Below the pieces are notes generated by a model. It searched no databases and was not told the DNA's origin. It saw only the letters and a list, made by a program, of their open reading frames with translations. This document shows positions 44,100 to 50,879 of a stretch of DNA of 64,000 nucleotides, one piece after another. The position numbers and the translations under genes were made by a program. The stretch's first letter is position 1. Each line of letters begins with the position of its first letter. The stretch is from a phage: the NCBI GenBank assembly GCA_025677605.1, contig GCA_025677605.1_4110.1; one strand, given 5' to 3'.

Positions 44100-44270
44100 T
44101 TACGCCGCCTTATCAGTACTAGCAACCGGACGGATACGGGCCATCGCCTGGGCTTGTTCTACGCTGTATTGTTCGTATAGTCTGCATTCTTCCGGTGTAG
44201 GAATAGCATCAATACGTTTCATTGGTTTAATGATGCTTTCAACTTCATTCAGTACTTGATTAACGTTCAT
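44100..44270 (-). CDS. Small hypothetical protein (56 aa, not in ORF track)
   Basis: Hand translation MNVNQVLNEVESIIKPMKRIDAIPTPEECRLYEQYSVEQAQAMARIRPVASTDKAA; GAGGA SD. Confidence 0.5.
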   Translation of the reverse strand: MNVNQVLNEVESIIKPMKRIDAIPTPEECRLYEQYSVEQAQAMARIRPVASTDKAA

Positions 44271-44321
44271 GGTATTATCCTCAATATTAGCGGCCTAAAT
44301 CAACCGCTAACGATGTTTTGA

Positions 44322-44591
44322 TTAATAGGTGTATGGTTGACGCTCAAACAATGAATAGACGTTATACGCCCCGCTAATGGGCTTCGCTGGCAAATCAATT
44401 TTATATTGTTCACGCTTAAAGATAATAAAACGGCAATTGTTTTTTACATCAAAATTGATTGAACGTTCCAGGAGTTTTCCATCGTGTACAAATACAAGAT
44501 AACCGCTTGGTACTTGTTTTGTAGTACTGGTTGCAACCATAGACCGACGAACATGCGTACCTGCATCGATTAAAGTACTGATATTTTTCAT
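44322..44591 (-). CDS. Hypothetical small protein
   Basis: 89-aa ORF. Confidence 0.55.
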   Translation of the reverse strand: MKNISTLIDAGTHVRRSMVATSTTKQVPSGYLVFVHDGKLLERSINFDVKNNCRFIIFKREQYKIDLPAKPISGAYNVYSLFERQPYTY

Positions 44592-44637
44592 TATACTATC
44601 CTCTTAAGTTAATTTAATTTCTTTCCCCTATGCAGAC

Positions 44638-44666
44638 ACTATATCAAAGTATCTGCATAAAGTAAA
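44638..44666 (-). promoter_or_regulatory. sigma70-type promoter
   Basis: -35 TTTACT 44661..44666; 17 bp; -10 TATAGT 44638..44643; flanked by the 7-bp inverted repeat ATGCAGA / TCTGCAT. Confidence 0.5.
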
Positions 44667-44671
44667 GCTAA

Positions 44672-45016
44672 TTAAAGATCTTTTTTGCGTTTAACATCAG
44701 TTACCGAACTGTAAACAGTGATATTATTGTCACGGCAAAAACGGGAAAGATAAGAACCGCGTAAAAACTCTTTACCTTCCATATCAATAACCTTGCTAAA
44801 TTCATCCATTGCTACGGTGTCAAAGTGATCCCCGTATCCATATTGGAACGGCACGTTTACTACTTCAATAAAATTACCATCAATTTCTACGTCTACACTT
44901 AAAGAGAAATAAGTGTTACCATATGAAGCCTGGAACCAACGCCGAGCGGCAATATGTACAACTTCAACAGAAGACAGGTTGATATTTTGTGCTGTGATAG
45001 TGTTGATGTTAGCCAT
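44672..45016 (-). CDS. Hypothetical protein (paralog of 38875..39198)
   Basis: 114 aa; GNTYFS, FQYGYG, C-terminal DVKRKKDL. Confidence 0.6.
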   Translation of the reverse strand: MANINTITAQNINLSSVEVVHIAARRWFQASYGNTYFSLSVDVEIDGNFIEVVNVPFQYGYGDHFDTVAMDEFSKVIDMEGKEFLRGSYLSRFCRDNNITVYSSVTDVKRKKDL

Positions 45017-45048
45017 TTTTAGTTTCCTCAGTTGTTTTGATAAAATCT

Positions 45049-45077
45049 ATTATGCCAGTACTATCAATCTATGTCAA
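45049..45077 (-). promoter_or_regulatory. sigma70-type promoter
   Basis: -35 TTGACA 45072..45077; 17 bp; -10 CATAAT 45049..45054. Confidence 0.6.
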
Positions 45078-45096
45078 TAGTACTGTGATAATAATT

Positions 45097-45309
45097 TTAC
45101 TTACTTTCTTTCGATGCTTTATGTTGTGCAACTGCCATTACTACATCAGCACGAACAAAGTTTTTAACCGTGTCAGTGTAATAATTGATTGCATCGTCTA
45201 TATCTGCGAACGTCCGATACATACCGCACCAAGATACTTTATAACCTGCTTTCACTTGTTCCAGCTTAACCAGTGATTTGTTTACTTTGATTTTAGTAAT
45301 GATAGCCAT
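45097..45309 (-). CDS. Hypothetical small protein
   Basis: 70-aa ORF; N-terminus MAIITK resembles that of 41573..41752. Confidence 0.55.
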   Translation of the reverse strand: MAIITKIKVNKSLVKLEQVKAGYKVSWCGMYRTFADIDDAINYYTDTVKNFVRADVVMAVAQHKASKESK

Positions 45310-45344
45310 TTTTTGTTTCCTCTTAGTTGTCTTGATAAAATCTA

Positions 45345-45372
45345 TTATGCCAGTACTATCAAACTATGTCAA
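45345..45372 (-). promoter_or_regulatory. sigma70-type promoter
   Basis: -35 TTGACA 45367..45372; 16 bp; -10 CATAAT 45345..45350. Confidence 0.6.
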
Positions 45373-45391
45373 TAGTACTGTGATAATATTT

Positions 45392-45535
45392 TTACTTACT
45401 TTTTGCTTTCTTTGCTGCTTCCACCTGGTCGGCCCACTCTTTACCCCATACTTGAGCATTATAGTGATACTGACAAAGAGCAACGCCCCGCTTCAAACCA
45501 GTAATAGATTTTTTACCACATTGACAAGTTTTCAT
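45392..45535 (-). CDS. Small Cys-containing protein (47 aa, not in ORF track)
   Basis: Hand translation MKTCQCGKKSITGLKRGVALCQYHYNAQVWGKEWADQVEAAKKAKSK. Confidence 0.45.
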   Translation of the reverse strand: MKTCQCGKKSITGLKRGVALCQYHYNAQVWGKEWADQVEAAKKAKSK

Positions 45536-45552
45536 TTTAGTTTCCTCTTAGT

Positions 45553-45613
45553 GGGGAGAACCATTTTCTCCCCTTGATGTAATGTATTATACTTTATCTG
45601 ATTTACTTTGCAA
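45553..45613 (-). promoter_or_regulatory. sigma70-type promoter plus leader hairpin
   Basis: -35 TTGCAA 45608..45613; 16 bp; -10 TATAAT 45586..45591; hairpin 45553..45573. Confidence 0.65.
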
Positions 45614-45622
45614 GTACTTTTT

Positions 45623-45850
45623 TTAATTTAATTCATCCAGGCAAAGGATACGCTCAACGCCCAAATCAGTTAAACTAATAGACGGCACTTGATAGGTTTC
45701 AACGTATTCTACACTCGCCCACTGACCGAACTCATTCACCGCCCAGGTATTCATTGCAAAATGTAATTCCGCACCTTTCTTATTAGTAATTACAGCAACA
45801 GTAGAAGAATTGCCAGTAGTACCAGATACGCGAGTGATTACGATAGCCAT
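45623..45850 (-). CDS. Hypothetical small protein
   Basis: 75-aa ORF. Confidence 0.55.
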   Translation of the reverse strand: MAIVITRVSGTTGNSSTVAVITNKKGAELHFAMNTWAVNEFGQWASVEYVETYQVPSISLTDLGVERILCLDELN

Positions 45851-45883
45851 TGTTTTGATTCCTATTCAGTAGTTGATGTATGT

Positions 45884-45912
45884 ATTATCGCAGTACTTAA
45901 AACTATTGTCAA
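45884..45912 (-). promoter_or_regulatory. sigma70-type promoter
   Basis: -35 TTGACA 45907..45912; 17 bp; -10 GATAAT 45884..45889. Confidence 0.6.
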
Positions 45913-45920
45913 ACTATTTT

Positions 45921-46073
45921 TTAAAGTTTATCAATGATTGATGCCGTTTCATTGATAGTCTTGCCGTGTTTTGCACACGCGATAACTGCTTTAAATTCCT
46001 TTGATGACCAATCTTTTTTACTGCATACTGACATTACTTGTAAAGTGAAACAATCCAGTTCATAAGTATTCAT
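45921..46073 (-). CDS. Small hypothetical protein (50 aa, not in ORF track)
   Basis: Hand translation MNTYELDCFTLQVMSVCSKKDWSSKEFKAVIACAKHGKTINETASIIDKL; GAGGA SD. Confidence 0.45.
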   Translation of the reverse strand: MNTYELDCFTLQVMSVCSKKDWSSKEFKAVIACAKHGKTINETASIIDKL

Positions 46074-46117
46074 CTTTATATCCTCAGTTAGTTAAGGTGT
46101 CTCGCCTTGATGAAATT

Positions 46118-46145
46118 AATTATACGCTAATCTCTTAATCGTGCA
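46118..46145 (-). promoter_or_regulatory. sigma70-type promoter
   Basis: -35 TTGCAC 46140..46145; 16 bp; -10 TATAAT 46118..46123. Confidence 0.6.
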
Positions 46146-46211
46146 AGTACTTTTTATTAGTTTTTGCAAAATACTTTAAACGCCCGCAATCGCATTCTAA
46201 CGACCTTAACG

Positions 46212-46219
46212 CCACCAGC
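46212..46219 (-). other. Chi octamer (minus strand)
   Basis: Plus strand reads CCACCAGC; intergenic, inside a 9-bp-stem inverted repeat (ATTCTAACG / CGTTAGAAT). Confidence 0.8.
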
Positions 46220-46299
46220 TAGGGCGATGCATCAGATAATCAGTTTAATGCGTTAGAATCGATTCTAGGCGGTGCTGGGGGCATGGTAAACGATAAACA

Positions 46300-46327
46300 C
46301 AAAAAAGCCCACTGTTTAAGGTGGGCT
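46300..46327 (-). terminator. Rho-independent terminator
   Basis: AGCCCAC-8 nt-GTGGGCT followed by UUUUUU on the minus strand; near-identical copy at 47030..47058. Confidence 0.7.
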
Positions 46328-46348
46328 AGTGATTCAGTACTTTAATTG

Positions 46349-46831
46349 TTATGCTTCAACTTTGCGATGAGCTTCGATCCATTCCTCGCGAGTCAATCCG
46401 CTTTCTTTGATAGCATCCAGTACTACGGCAATGCAGTTACCGCGTACTGGTACAGTGTATTCCTCGCCATTATCCAGAACTACCGGCACGCGTTCCTGAA
46501 TCCATTTTTTAGCTTTTACTTCTGGCTTGTCTTCCCCGTATTTCGCTGCCAGGGCTTTACGTGCCATTTCGGTTACTACTTCCAGATCAAGCCCAGCGAC
46601 GGCGGCGTTAATATCTTCAATCGTTTTCTGCAATTCAGCTTCGCGTGCTGCCTTCTCAGCTTCAAGTGCCGCCGCTTTATTAGCTTGTAGTTCTTTCGCT
46701 TCGCTGTACGCAATGTTAAAATTGTTGCGTACTGCTTTCATGGTATCGCTATCCAGTTCAGCCAGGATCTCAGCCGCTACGTTAGTTTCATTTGCTACCA
46801 GTGCTTTGATGAATGATTTTACATTAGCCAT
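46349..46831 (-). CDS. Ala/Glu/Lys-rich helical protein, unknown function
   Basis: Track ORF trimmed to MANVKSFIK (GAGGA SD); coiled-coil-like AAALEAEKAAREAELQK; locally higher GC. Confidence 0.6.
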   Translation of the reverse strand: MANVKSFIKALVANETNVAAEILAELDSDTMKAVRNNFNIAYSEAKELQANKAAALEAEKAAREAELQKTIEDINAAVAGLDLEVVTEMARKALAAKYGEDKPEVKAKKWIQERVPVVLDNGEEYTVPVRGNCIAVVLDAIKESGLTREEWIEAHRKVEA

Positions 46832-46954
46832 TATATAATTCCTCAATTAAAGTTTAGTTTACGTTTATTAGTGTATCAAAGTTTTCTTGACGTGTCCAGT
46901 TTTTCGTTCGACTTACTGGCGGTCTACTTAGTGTTCCCCGTCTTGATGTAATAC

Positions 46955-46982
46955 ATTCTACGCTTTTCTTCGGTAATGTCAA
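46955..46982 (-). promoter_or_regulatory. sigma70-type promoter with long leader
   Basis: -35 TTGACA 46977..46982; 16 bp; -10 TAGAAT 46955..46960; the leader is related to 39893..39975. Confidence 0.5.
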
Positions 46983-47029
46983 CTACTTTTTTAAAACTAT
47001 TTTCAAAGTATCTCAGTACTACACCACTA

Positions 47030-47058
47030 CAAAAAAAGCCCACTGTTTAAGGTGGGCT
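47030..47058 (-). terminator. Rho-independent terminator
   Basis: AGCCCAC-8 nt-GTGGGCT followed by UUUUUUU on the minus strand. Confidence 0.7.
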
Positions 47059-47075
47059 ATTGATTCAGTACTAGA

Positions 47076-47375
47076 TTATAAACAGTTAATTACTCCTGTG
47101 TGCGTTACTTTCTCAGTATCCATAACCGTGACCGAACCGCGTTTTTTCTTCGCATCATAATAAATTGTTGTGCTACCTTTCGCATCTTCTTCATGGAACG
47201 GGCCATTTTTAAATGCTTCTGGCTGTAATTCCAGATCCTTTAAAACAATCTCGCCAGTACTTTCATCGGTCATTGCTACGGTGCACTGAATGAATTTATC
47301 ACCAGGTACATCTAACGACGCATTAACAGCGAAAGAGGAAACAGATAAAGCCAGGGCGATGATTGCTACTTTCAT
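47076..47375 (-). CDS. Secreted/periplasmic small protein (signal peptide)
   Basis: 99 aa; MKVAIIALALSVSSFAVNA followed by a mature domain. Confidence 0.6.
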   Translation of the reverse strand: MKVAIIALALSVSSFAVNASLDVPGDKFIQCTVAMTDESTGEIVLKDLELQPEAFKNGPFHEEDAKGSTTIYYDAKKKRGSVTVMDTEKVTHTGVINCL

Positions 47376-47394
47376 TTGATTATCCTTAGTTACC

Positions 47395-47455
47395 AGGGGA
47401 ACCGTTCCCCCCCTTGCTATGTAAAATATTATACAGTACTAAAAACTAATTGCAA
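47395..47455 (-). promoter_or_regulatory. sigma70-type promoter plus leader hairpin
   Basis: -35 TTGCAA 47450..47455; 16 bp; -10 TATAAT 47428..47433; hairpin 47395..47413. Confidence 0.65.
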
Positions 47456-47460
47456 GTACT

Positions 47461-47697
47461 TTATGATTTTTTATAAAACATTTCGGCAGTGATATTTTTA
47501 CCCGTTGGTTGTACTTTATCCAGGATTTTTTGATGCCCGGACCGTCCAAATGAATATGATCCGTAAACCGTAAACCAGTAGTTACCCTCAGTGTTTACAT
47601 GTACAGCACAATAGGGAACGCCCCGCGATTCATCACTAGTAAAGTGTGCTACCGTTCCCGTTACATTCGAAGACGTTGATTTGATTTGTTCGACCAT
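47461..47697 (-). CDS. Hypothetical small protein
   Basis: 78-aa ORF. Confidence 0.55.
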   Translation of the reverse strand: MVEQIKSTSSNVTGTVAHFTSDESRGVPYCAVHVNTEGNYWFTVYGSYSFGRSGHQKILDKVQPTGKNITAEMFYKKS

Positions 47698-47718
47698 TTT
47701 CTTATTCCTTAGTTACCA

Positions 47719-47772
47719 GGGGAACCGCTCCCCCTATGCAAAACATTATACGCGTTTAAAAACTATTAGCAA
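47719..47772 (-). promoter_or_regulatory. sigma70-type promoter plus leader hairpin
   Basis: -35 TTGCTA 47767..47772; 16 bp; -10 TATAAT 47745..47750; hairpin 47719..47735. Confidence 0.6.
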
Positions 47773-47805
47773 GTATTTTAATAAAAAGTATTTGAAAAAT
47801 AGTTC

Positions 47806-47834
47806 TTGACAACTGCATCCAATACTGGCATAAT
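47806..47834 (+). promoter_or_regulatory. sigma70-type promoter on the opposite (plus) strand
   Basis: -35 TTGACA 47806..47811; 17 bp; -10 CATAAT 47829..47834; no ORF downstream. Confidence 0.6.
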
Positions 47835-47840
47835 TACTAC

Positions 47841-47947
47841 ATAAAGACAAAACAGTCTCTAACCCACCGGGTGCATAGATCCGTCTATTAAATGATTCAG
47901 TACTGAAAAAAGAAAGGGGATCAATTGATCCCCTCGTTGTTATTTTG
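47841..47947 (+). ncRNA. Candidate small RNA carrying the R-module conserved core
   Basis: Lies between the plus promoter and the hairpin AGGGGATCA / TGATCCCCT (47915..47934) plus a U-rich tail. Contains AGAC-loop-GTCT and the core CTAACCCACCGGGTGCATAG. Confidence 0.3.
47905..47934 (-). terminator. Bidirectional terminator
   Basis: Same hairpin as above, followed on the minus strand by UUUCUUUUUU; directly downstream of the stop of 47940..48161. Confidence 0.65.
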
Positions 47948-48161
47948 TAAGGTATAAACAGAAGTCACCTTTATTTGCTACGCCGCCAGTGTAACGCGAT
48001 GAATAGTTAGAAACGTCCTGGACTTCTGCTATTACCAGTGTATCATCATTCAATTCGTCGCAGAAGCAAACGGCTGGATCTTTTACGCCGATATTGTCGG
48101 CATGTTCCCGCATAGATTTAACCAGTGCTTCAAGTTGGGAAAGGGTAGTAATGTTAGCCAT
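47940..48161 (-). CDS. Hypothetical small protein
   Basis: Track ORF 47940..48191 trimmed to MANITTLSQ; the extension covers the hairpin. Confidence 0.55.
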   Translation of the reverse strand: MANITTLSQLEALVKSMREHADNIGVKDPAVCFCDELNDDTLVIAEVQDVSNYSSRYTGGVANKGDFCLYLTK

Positions 48162-48180
48162 TTTATTTTCCTCATTACCA

Positions 48181-48239
48181 GGGAGAACCATTTCTCCCCT
48201 CTATGTAAACCATTATACAGTACTAAAAACTAATTGCAA
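48181..48239 (-). promoter_or_regulatory. sigma70-type promoter plus leader hairpin
   Basis: -35 TTGCAA 48234..48239; 16 bp; -10 TATAAT 48212..48217; hairpin 48181..48199. Confidence 0.65.
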
Positions 48240-48246
48240 GTACTTT

Positions 48247-48450
48247 TTAATTTAATTGCTTAAAAACATACTCAAAGACACGACGCACATCATTGATCAT
48301 CGCCTGGCGGTTAGCAGGTAACGCATCAGGATCGCCACTATCCCAGGCATTGATAAAACTCCCCAAATCATGATAGATTTTATTCTGTAAGCCGATTAAC
48401 TGCAATTCTTTTTCTTCAAGCTCTTTGATACGTTCAATTAAATCACTCAT
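48247..48450 (-). CDS. Hypothetical small helical protein
   Basis: Track ORF 48247..48486 trimmed to MSDLIERIK (AAGGA SD; avoids overlap with the upstream CDS). Confidence 0.55.
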   Translation of the reverse strand: MSDLIERIKELEEKELQLIGLQNKIYHDLGSFINAWDSGDPDALPANRQAMINDVRRVFEYVFKQLN

Positions 48451-48467
48451 TATATAATCCTTAGTAC

Positions 48468-48752
48468 TTAACTGTAAGATCCGCAACGGTCGCAGTAGTG
48501 CCCGTCCTCGTCATCGTCAACGAATTGACCGACGAAATGATCTACTTTCGCTTTCAGGTTATTATAATCGTTTTCTACTTCCTTTAAACGCTTCTGGTAG
48601 TATTCCAGTGCTTTAAGATATGCCGCATCAGCAGTTTTCTCCTGCATAGCTAAATTCATGCCACGCGTTTCATCGTACAGCCAAAAACCATCGGTGCACT
48701 GGCTAATAGATAATGACTTGCTTAGTACTGTATAGTTAATTACTTTGCTCAT
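48468..48752 (-). CDS. Hypothetical small protein
   Basis: 94-aa ORF. Confidence 0.55.
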   Translation of the reverse strand: MSKVINYTVLSKSLSISQCTDGFWLYDETRGMNLAMQEKTADAAYLKALEYYQKRLKEVENDYNNLKAKVDHFVGQFVDDDEDGHYCDRCGSYS

Positions 48753-48770
48753 TAGATAATCCTCAGTAAA

Positions 48771-48830
48771 GGCGGGAACTATTCCCCGCCTCGATATAAA
48801 GTATTATACGTTAATCTAACTACAATGCAA
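48771..48830 (-). promoter_or_regulatory. sigma70-type promoter plus leader hairpin
   Basis: -35 TTGCAT 48825..48830; 16 bp; -10 TATAAT 48803..48808; hairpin GGCGGGAA / TTCCCCGCC 48771..48790. Confidence 0.65.
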
Positions 48831-48837
48831 GTACTTT

Positions 48838-49110
48838 TTAGTTTTTTAATTCTTTTACTGCATCAGGTGCGACAGAACCATCAATGTATTGAACATCGTT
48901 TTCAACTTCACGGGCGGCATCATTCAGCAGATCAAAATTAAATTCCATTTCTTCCAGATCATCAAAATCAGGCTCATAACCATTAATTGTTGAATAAGTC
49001 CAAGTACCTTTTTCATAAGTCACGACACTTACATCAGGGAAGAAATCTTGCACATGATCCATTGCATCCCGAACCAGTTGATGTGCAGTTGTGATATTTA
49101 AAGTTTTCAT
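48838..49110 (-). CDS. Hypothetical acidic small protein
   Basis: 90-aa ORF. Confidence 0.55.
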   Translation of the reverse strand: MKTLNITTAHQLVRDAMDHVQDFFPDVSVVTYEKGTWTYSTINGYEPDFDDLEEMEFNFDLLNDAAREVENDVQYIDGSVAPDAVKELKN

Positions 49111-49131
49111 TTTGTTACCCTTTTAGTGTGA

Positions 49132-49191
49132 GCGGGGAACCACTCCCCGCCTCGATATAAAGTATTATACGCTTTTAAACTTAGTATGCAA
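49132..49191 (-). promoter_or_regulatory. sigma70-type promoter plus leader hairpin
   Basis: -35 TTGCAT 49186..49191; 16 bp; -10 TATAAT 49164..49169; hairpin 49132..49150. Confidence 0.65.
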
Positions 49192-49203
49192 GTACTTTTT
49201 AAA

Positions 49204-49878
49204 TTAATATTCGATTGATTCTACTACGCCATCAATAACATTGAATTGATATTCGTTACCCTCAATCAGTGCCGTAATGTTTTCAGTAGTGAATTGATCC
49301 TCATATGCATTCTCTAAATCACGGTACAACTTGCGGGATAATTCACGAATAGTTTCAGTGAGTAGTTCCTCAAGCTCATTAACTAACGCTTCTTGTTTTG
49401 CGGTTAAATCAGTGTAAGCCGATTCAATGTACCCGCTTACAGTGTTTTCATGCGAGTAGTTGGAGTGAGAACGCTTTACACTCATTGCCAAATCATCTTC
49501 ATTCAGCAGGTGACGGATTGAGCGATACTTAGTTAATGCTCTAACCTTGCGTAAAAACTTCTCAGCGTCAACGTGGTCAGTACTAATTGATGCACCGTCA
49601 CCCTGCGACCAAAAACCACTGAATTGTATTTCAGCGTCATTAATGCCATATTCCGGTAGTACTGTTTCTTTATAGTATTCAATTTCACTTTCAGAAAAAT
49701 AATCGTCGTTTAAGTTTTTTTCACGTTCCCGAACCAGTTCGATAGCTGACGTTTGTTGTTCTGCGTTCAATTCAGAAAAATCCATAACGAAAGTAGTATT
49801 AGTGACAGTTTTCGCTTTGCAACCCTCATTCAATTCAGAAAAATCCATAACGAAAGTAGTAGTAGTGATAGTTTTCAT
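49204..49878 (-). CDS. Acidic protein with duplicated N-terminus, unknown function
   Basis: 224 aa. TTFVMDFSELN occurs twice, encoded by a 66-bp-spaced direct DNA repeat at about 49745..49878. Motif FSGFWSQGDGAS. Confidence 0.6.
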   Translation of the reverse strand: MKTITTTTFVMDFSELNEGCKAKTVTNTTFVMDFSELNAEQQTSAIELVREREKNLNDDYFSESEIEYYKETVLPEYGINDAEIQFSGFWSQGDGASISTDHVDAEKFLRKVRALTKYRSIRHLLNEDDLAMSVKRSHSNYSHENTVSGYIESAYTDLTAKQEALVNELEELLTETIRELSRKLYRDLENAYEDQFTTENITALIEGNEYQFNVIDGVVESIEY

Positions 49879-49910
49879 TTTGTAACTCTCATTCAGTAGT
49901 TGATGTAAGT

Positions 49911-49938
49911 ATTATACGCTTTTAAAAACAATTGTCAA
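49911..49938 (-). promoter_or_regulatory. sigma70-type promoter (proximal of a tandem pair)
   Basis: -35 TTGACA 49933..49938; 16 bp; -10 TATAAT 49911..49916. Confidence 0.6.
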
Positions 49939-50028
49939 ACTATTTTATCAGGGGAGTTTTTCGTGTGCCTTACTCCTGGGCTACTTAACGGGGAGTTACT
50001 TATTTCGTTCCCCGTCCTGATGTAAAAC

Positions 50029-50056
50029 ATTATACGCCTTTAAACATAGTTTGCAA
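50029..50056 (-). promoter_or_regulatory. sigma70-type promoter (distal of a tandem pair)
   Basis: -35 TTGCAA 50051..50056; 16 bp; -10 TATAAT 50029..50034. Confidence 0.6.
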
Positions 50057-50149
50057 GTACTTTTTATCAAATAGTTTTCAGTACTGGCATTGTACTTAAT
50101 CACTTTACTATAGATACACTTCCGCACCCTATGGGCTATCGCCTTGTGT

Positions 50150-50191
50150 CCGGCTTGTAAGTATTATCTCACTAAGCCGGATAATGGTCAA
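50150..50191 (-). promoter_or_regulatory. R-module copy 5: hairpin with embedded promoter
   Basis: Stem CCGGCTT 50150..50156 / AAGCCGG 50174..50180; -35 TTGACC 50186..50191; 17 bp; -10 GATAAT 50163..50168; core about 50121..50139. Confidence 0.4.
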
Positions 50192-50197
50192 GTACTT

Positions 50198-50464
50198 TTA
50201 TTCAAGTACTGCAATCTTTTTAGTACTGTACACGGTAACACGGTTTCCCTTGCGGTCGTGCTTTATTTCTACCACTCGACGCGATACACTATCAGGACTT
50301 TTTAACGCCGCTAACCAGTACTGAATTGATCGGGCTGTACTTTGCTTTACTACGGCCCAACGTTTACCCCTGGCTGATTGTACGCCCATATCTTTAAACG
50401 TTGCACCGTCAACCTTTGCCGCTTGCCGAGCTTGTTCACGCGTCGCAAAGTATATAATATTCAT
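50198..50464 (-). CDS. Hypothetical protein (paralog of 38384..38788)
   Basis: Track ORF 50198..50518 trimmed to MNIIYFATREQ; shares the FATRE..R..A...GA.FKDMG and HDRKGNRVTVYS blocks. Confidence 0.6.
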   Translation of the reverse strand: MNIIYFATREQARQAAKVDGATFKDMGVQSARGKRWAVVKQSTARSIQYWLAALKSPDSVSRRVVEIKHDRKGNRVTVYSTKKIAVLE

Positions 50465-50546
50465 GCTGTTACCCCTATCGTTGTTGTATAAAAGAAATCT
50501 ATTATAAAGTACTATCACCGTGCAATAGTACTTTTAATCTATTCTC

Positions 50547-50786
50547 TTACATGCCAACCATTGCAGCACGGATCGCAGTAGTGCTATACTTGAATCCGTC
50601 CGGTGTTTTATCTTGTCCAGTCTGTTCTAAAAATAGCATCATATGACGGGCCGCATCATTTCGATTAGTGTTAGCGGCAATAAAGTCCAGGGCCAACCGG
50701 TATAATGATTCATCGTTATTAATCCAAAGGCTTACATTCCATTGAGTTTTGTTTTTGTGACCTAAGAACATTTTTGATTTAGCCAT
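50547..50786 (-). CDS. Hypothetical small protein
   Basis: 79-aa ORF. Confidence 0.55.
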   Translation of the reverse strand: MAKSKMFLGHKNKTQWNVSLWINNDESLYRLALDFIAANTNRNDAARHMMLFLEQTGQDKTPDGFKYSTTAIRAAMVGM

Positions 50787-50807
50787 TTTTAAATCCTCTT
50801 AATTATA

Positions 50808-50866
50808 GTGGGGAACTATTCCCCACCGGATAGAAAGTATTATACATTAATCTAATTACTTTGCAA
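50808..50866 (-). promoter_or_regulatory. sigma70-type promoter plus leader hairpin
   Basis: -35 TTGCAA 50861..50866; 16 bp; -10 TATAAT 50839..50844; hairpin GTGGGGAA / TTCCCCAC 50808..50826. Confidence 0.65.
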
Positions 50867-50879
50867 GTACTTTTTTAAC

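Noticed and set aside
46346-46838. Plus-strand ORFs 46346..46690 and 46527..46838
   Set aside because: Both are antisense frames of the Ala/Glu-rich minus-strand gene. GCN/GAR-rich coding sequence keeps its antisense frames open.
32716-50518. N-terminal extensions of many track ORFs (e.g. MFYIERGEMVLPPNLRSTT.., MFCIGEISSPNIKRGNI.., MYLESSIMFYIERGERF.., MVLPGNEENK.., MILPSTEERK..)
   Set aside because: The extensions are translations of the conserved promoter -10, hairpin and leader. An internal Met with a proper SD follows in each case, so the starts were moved.
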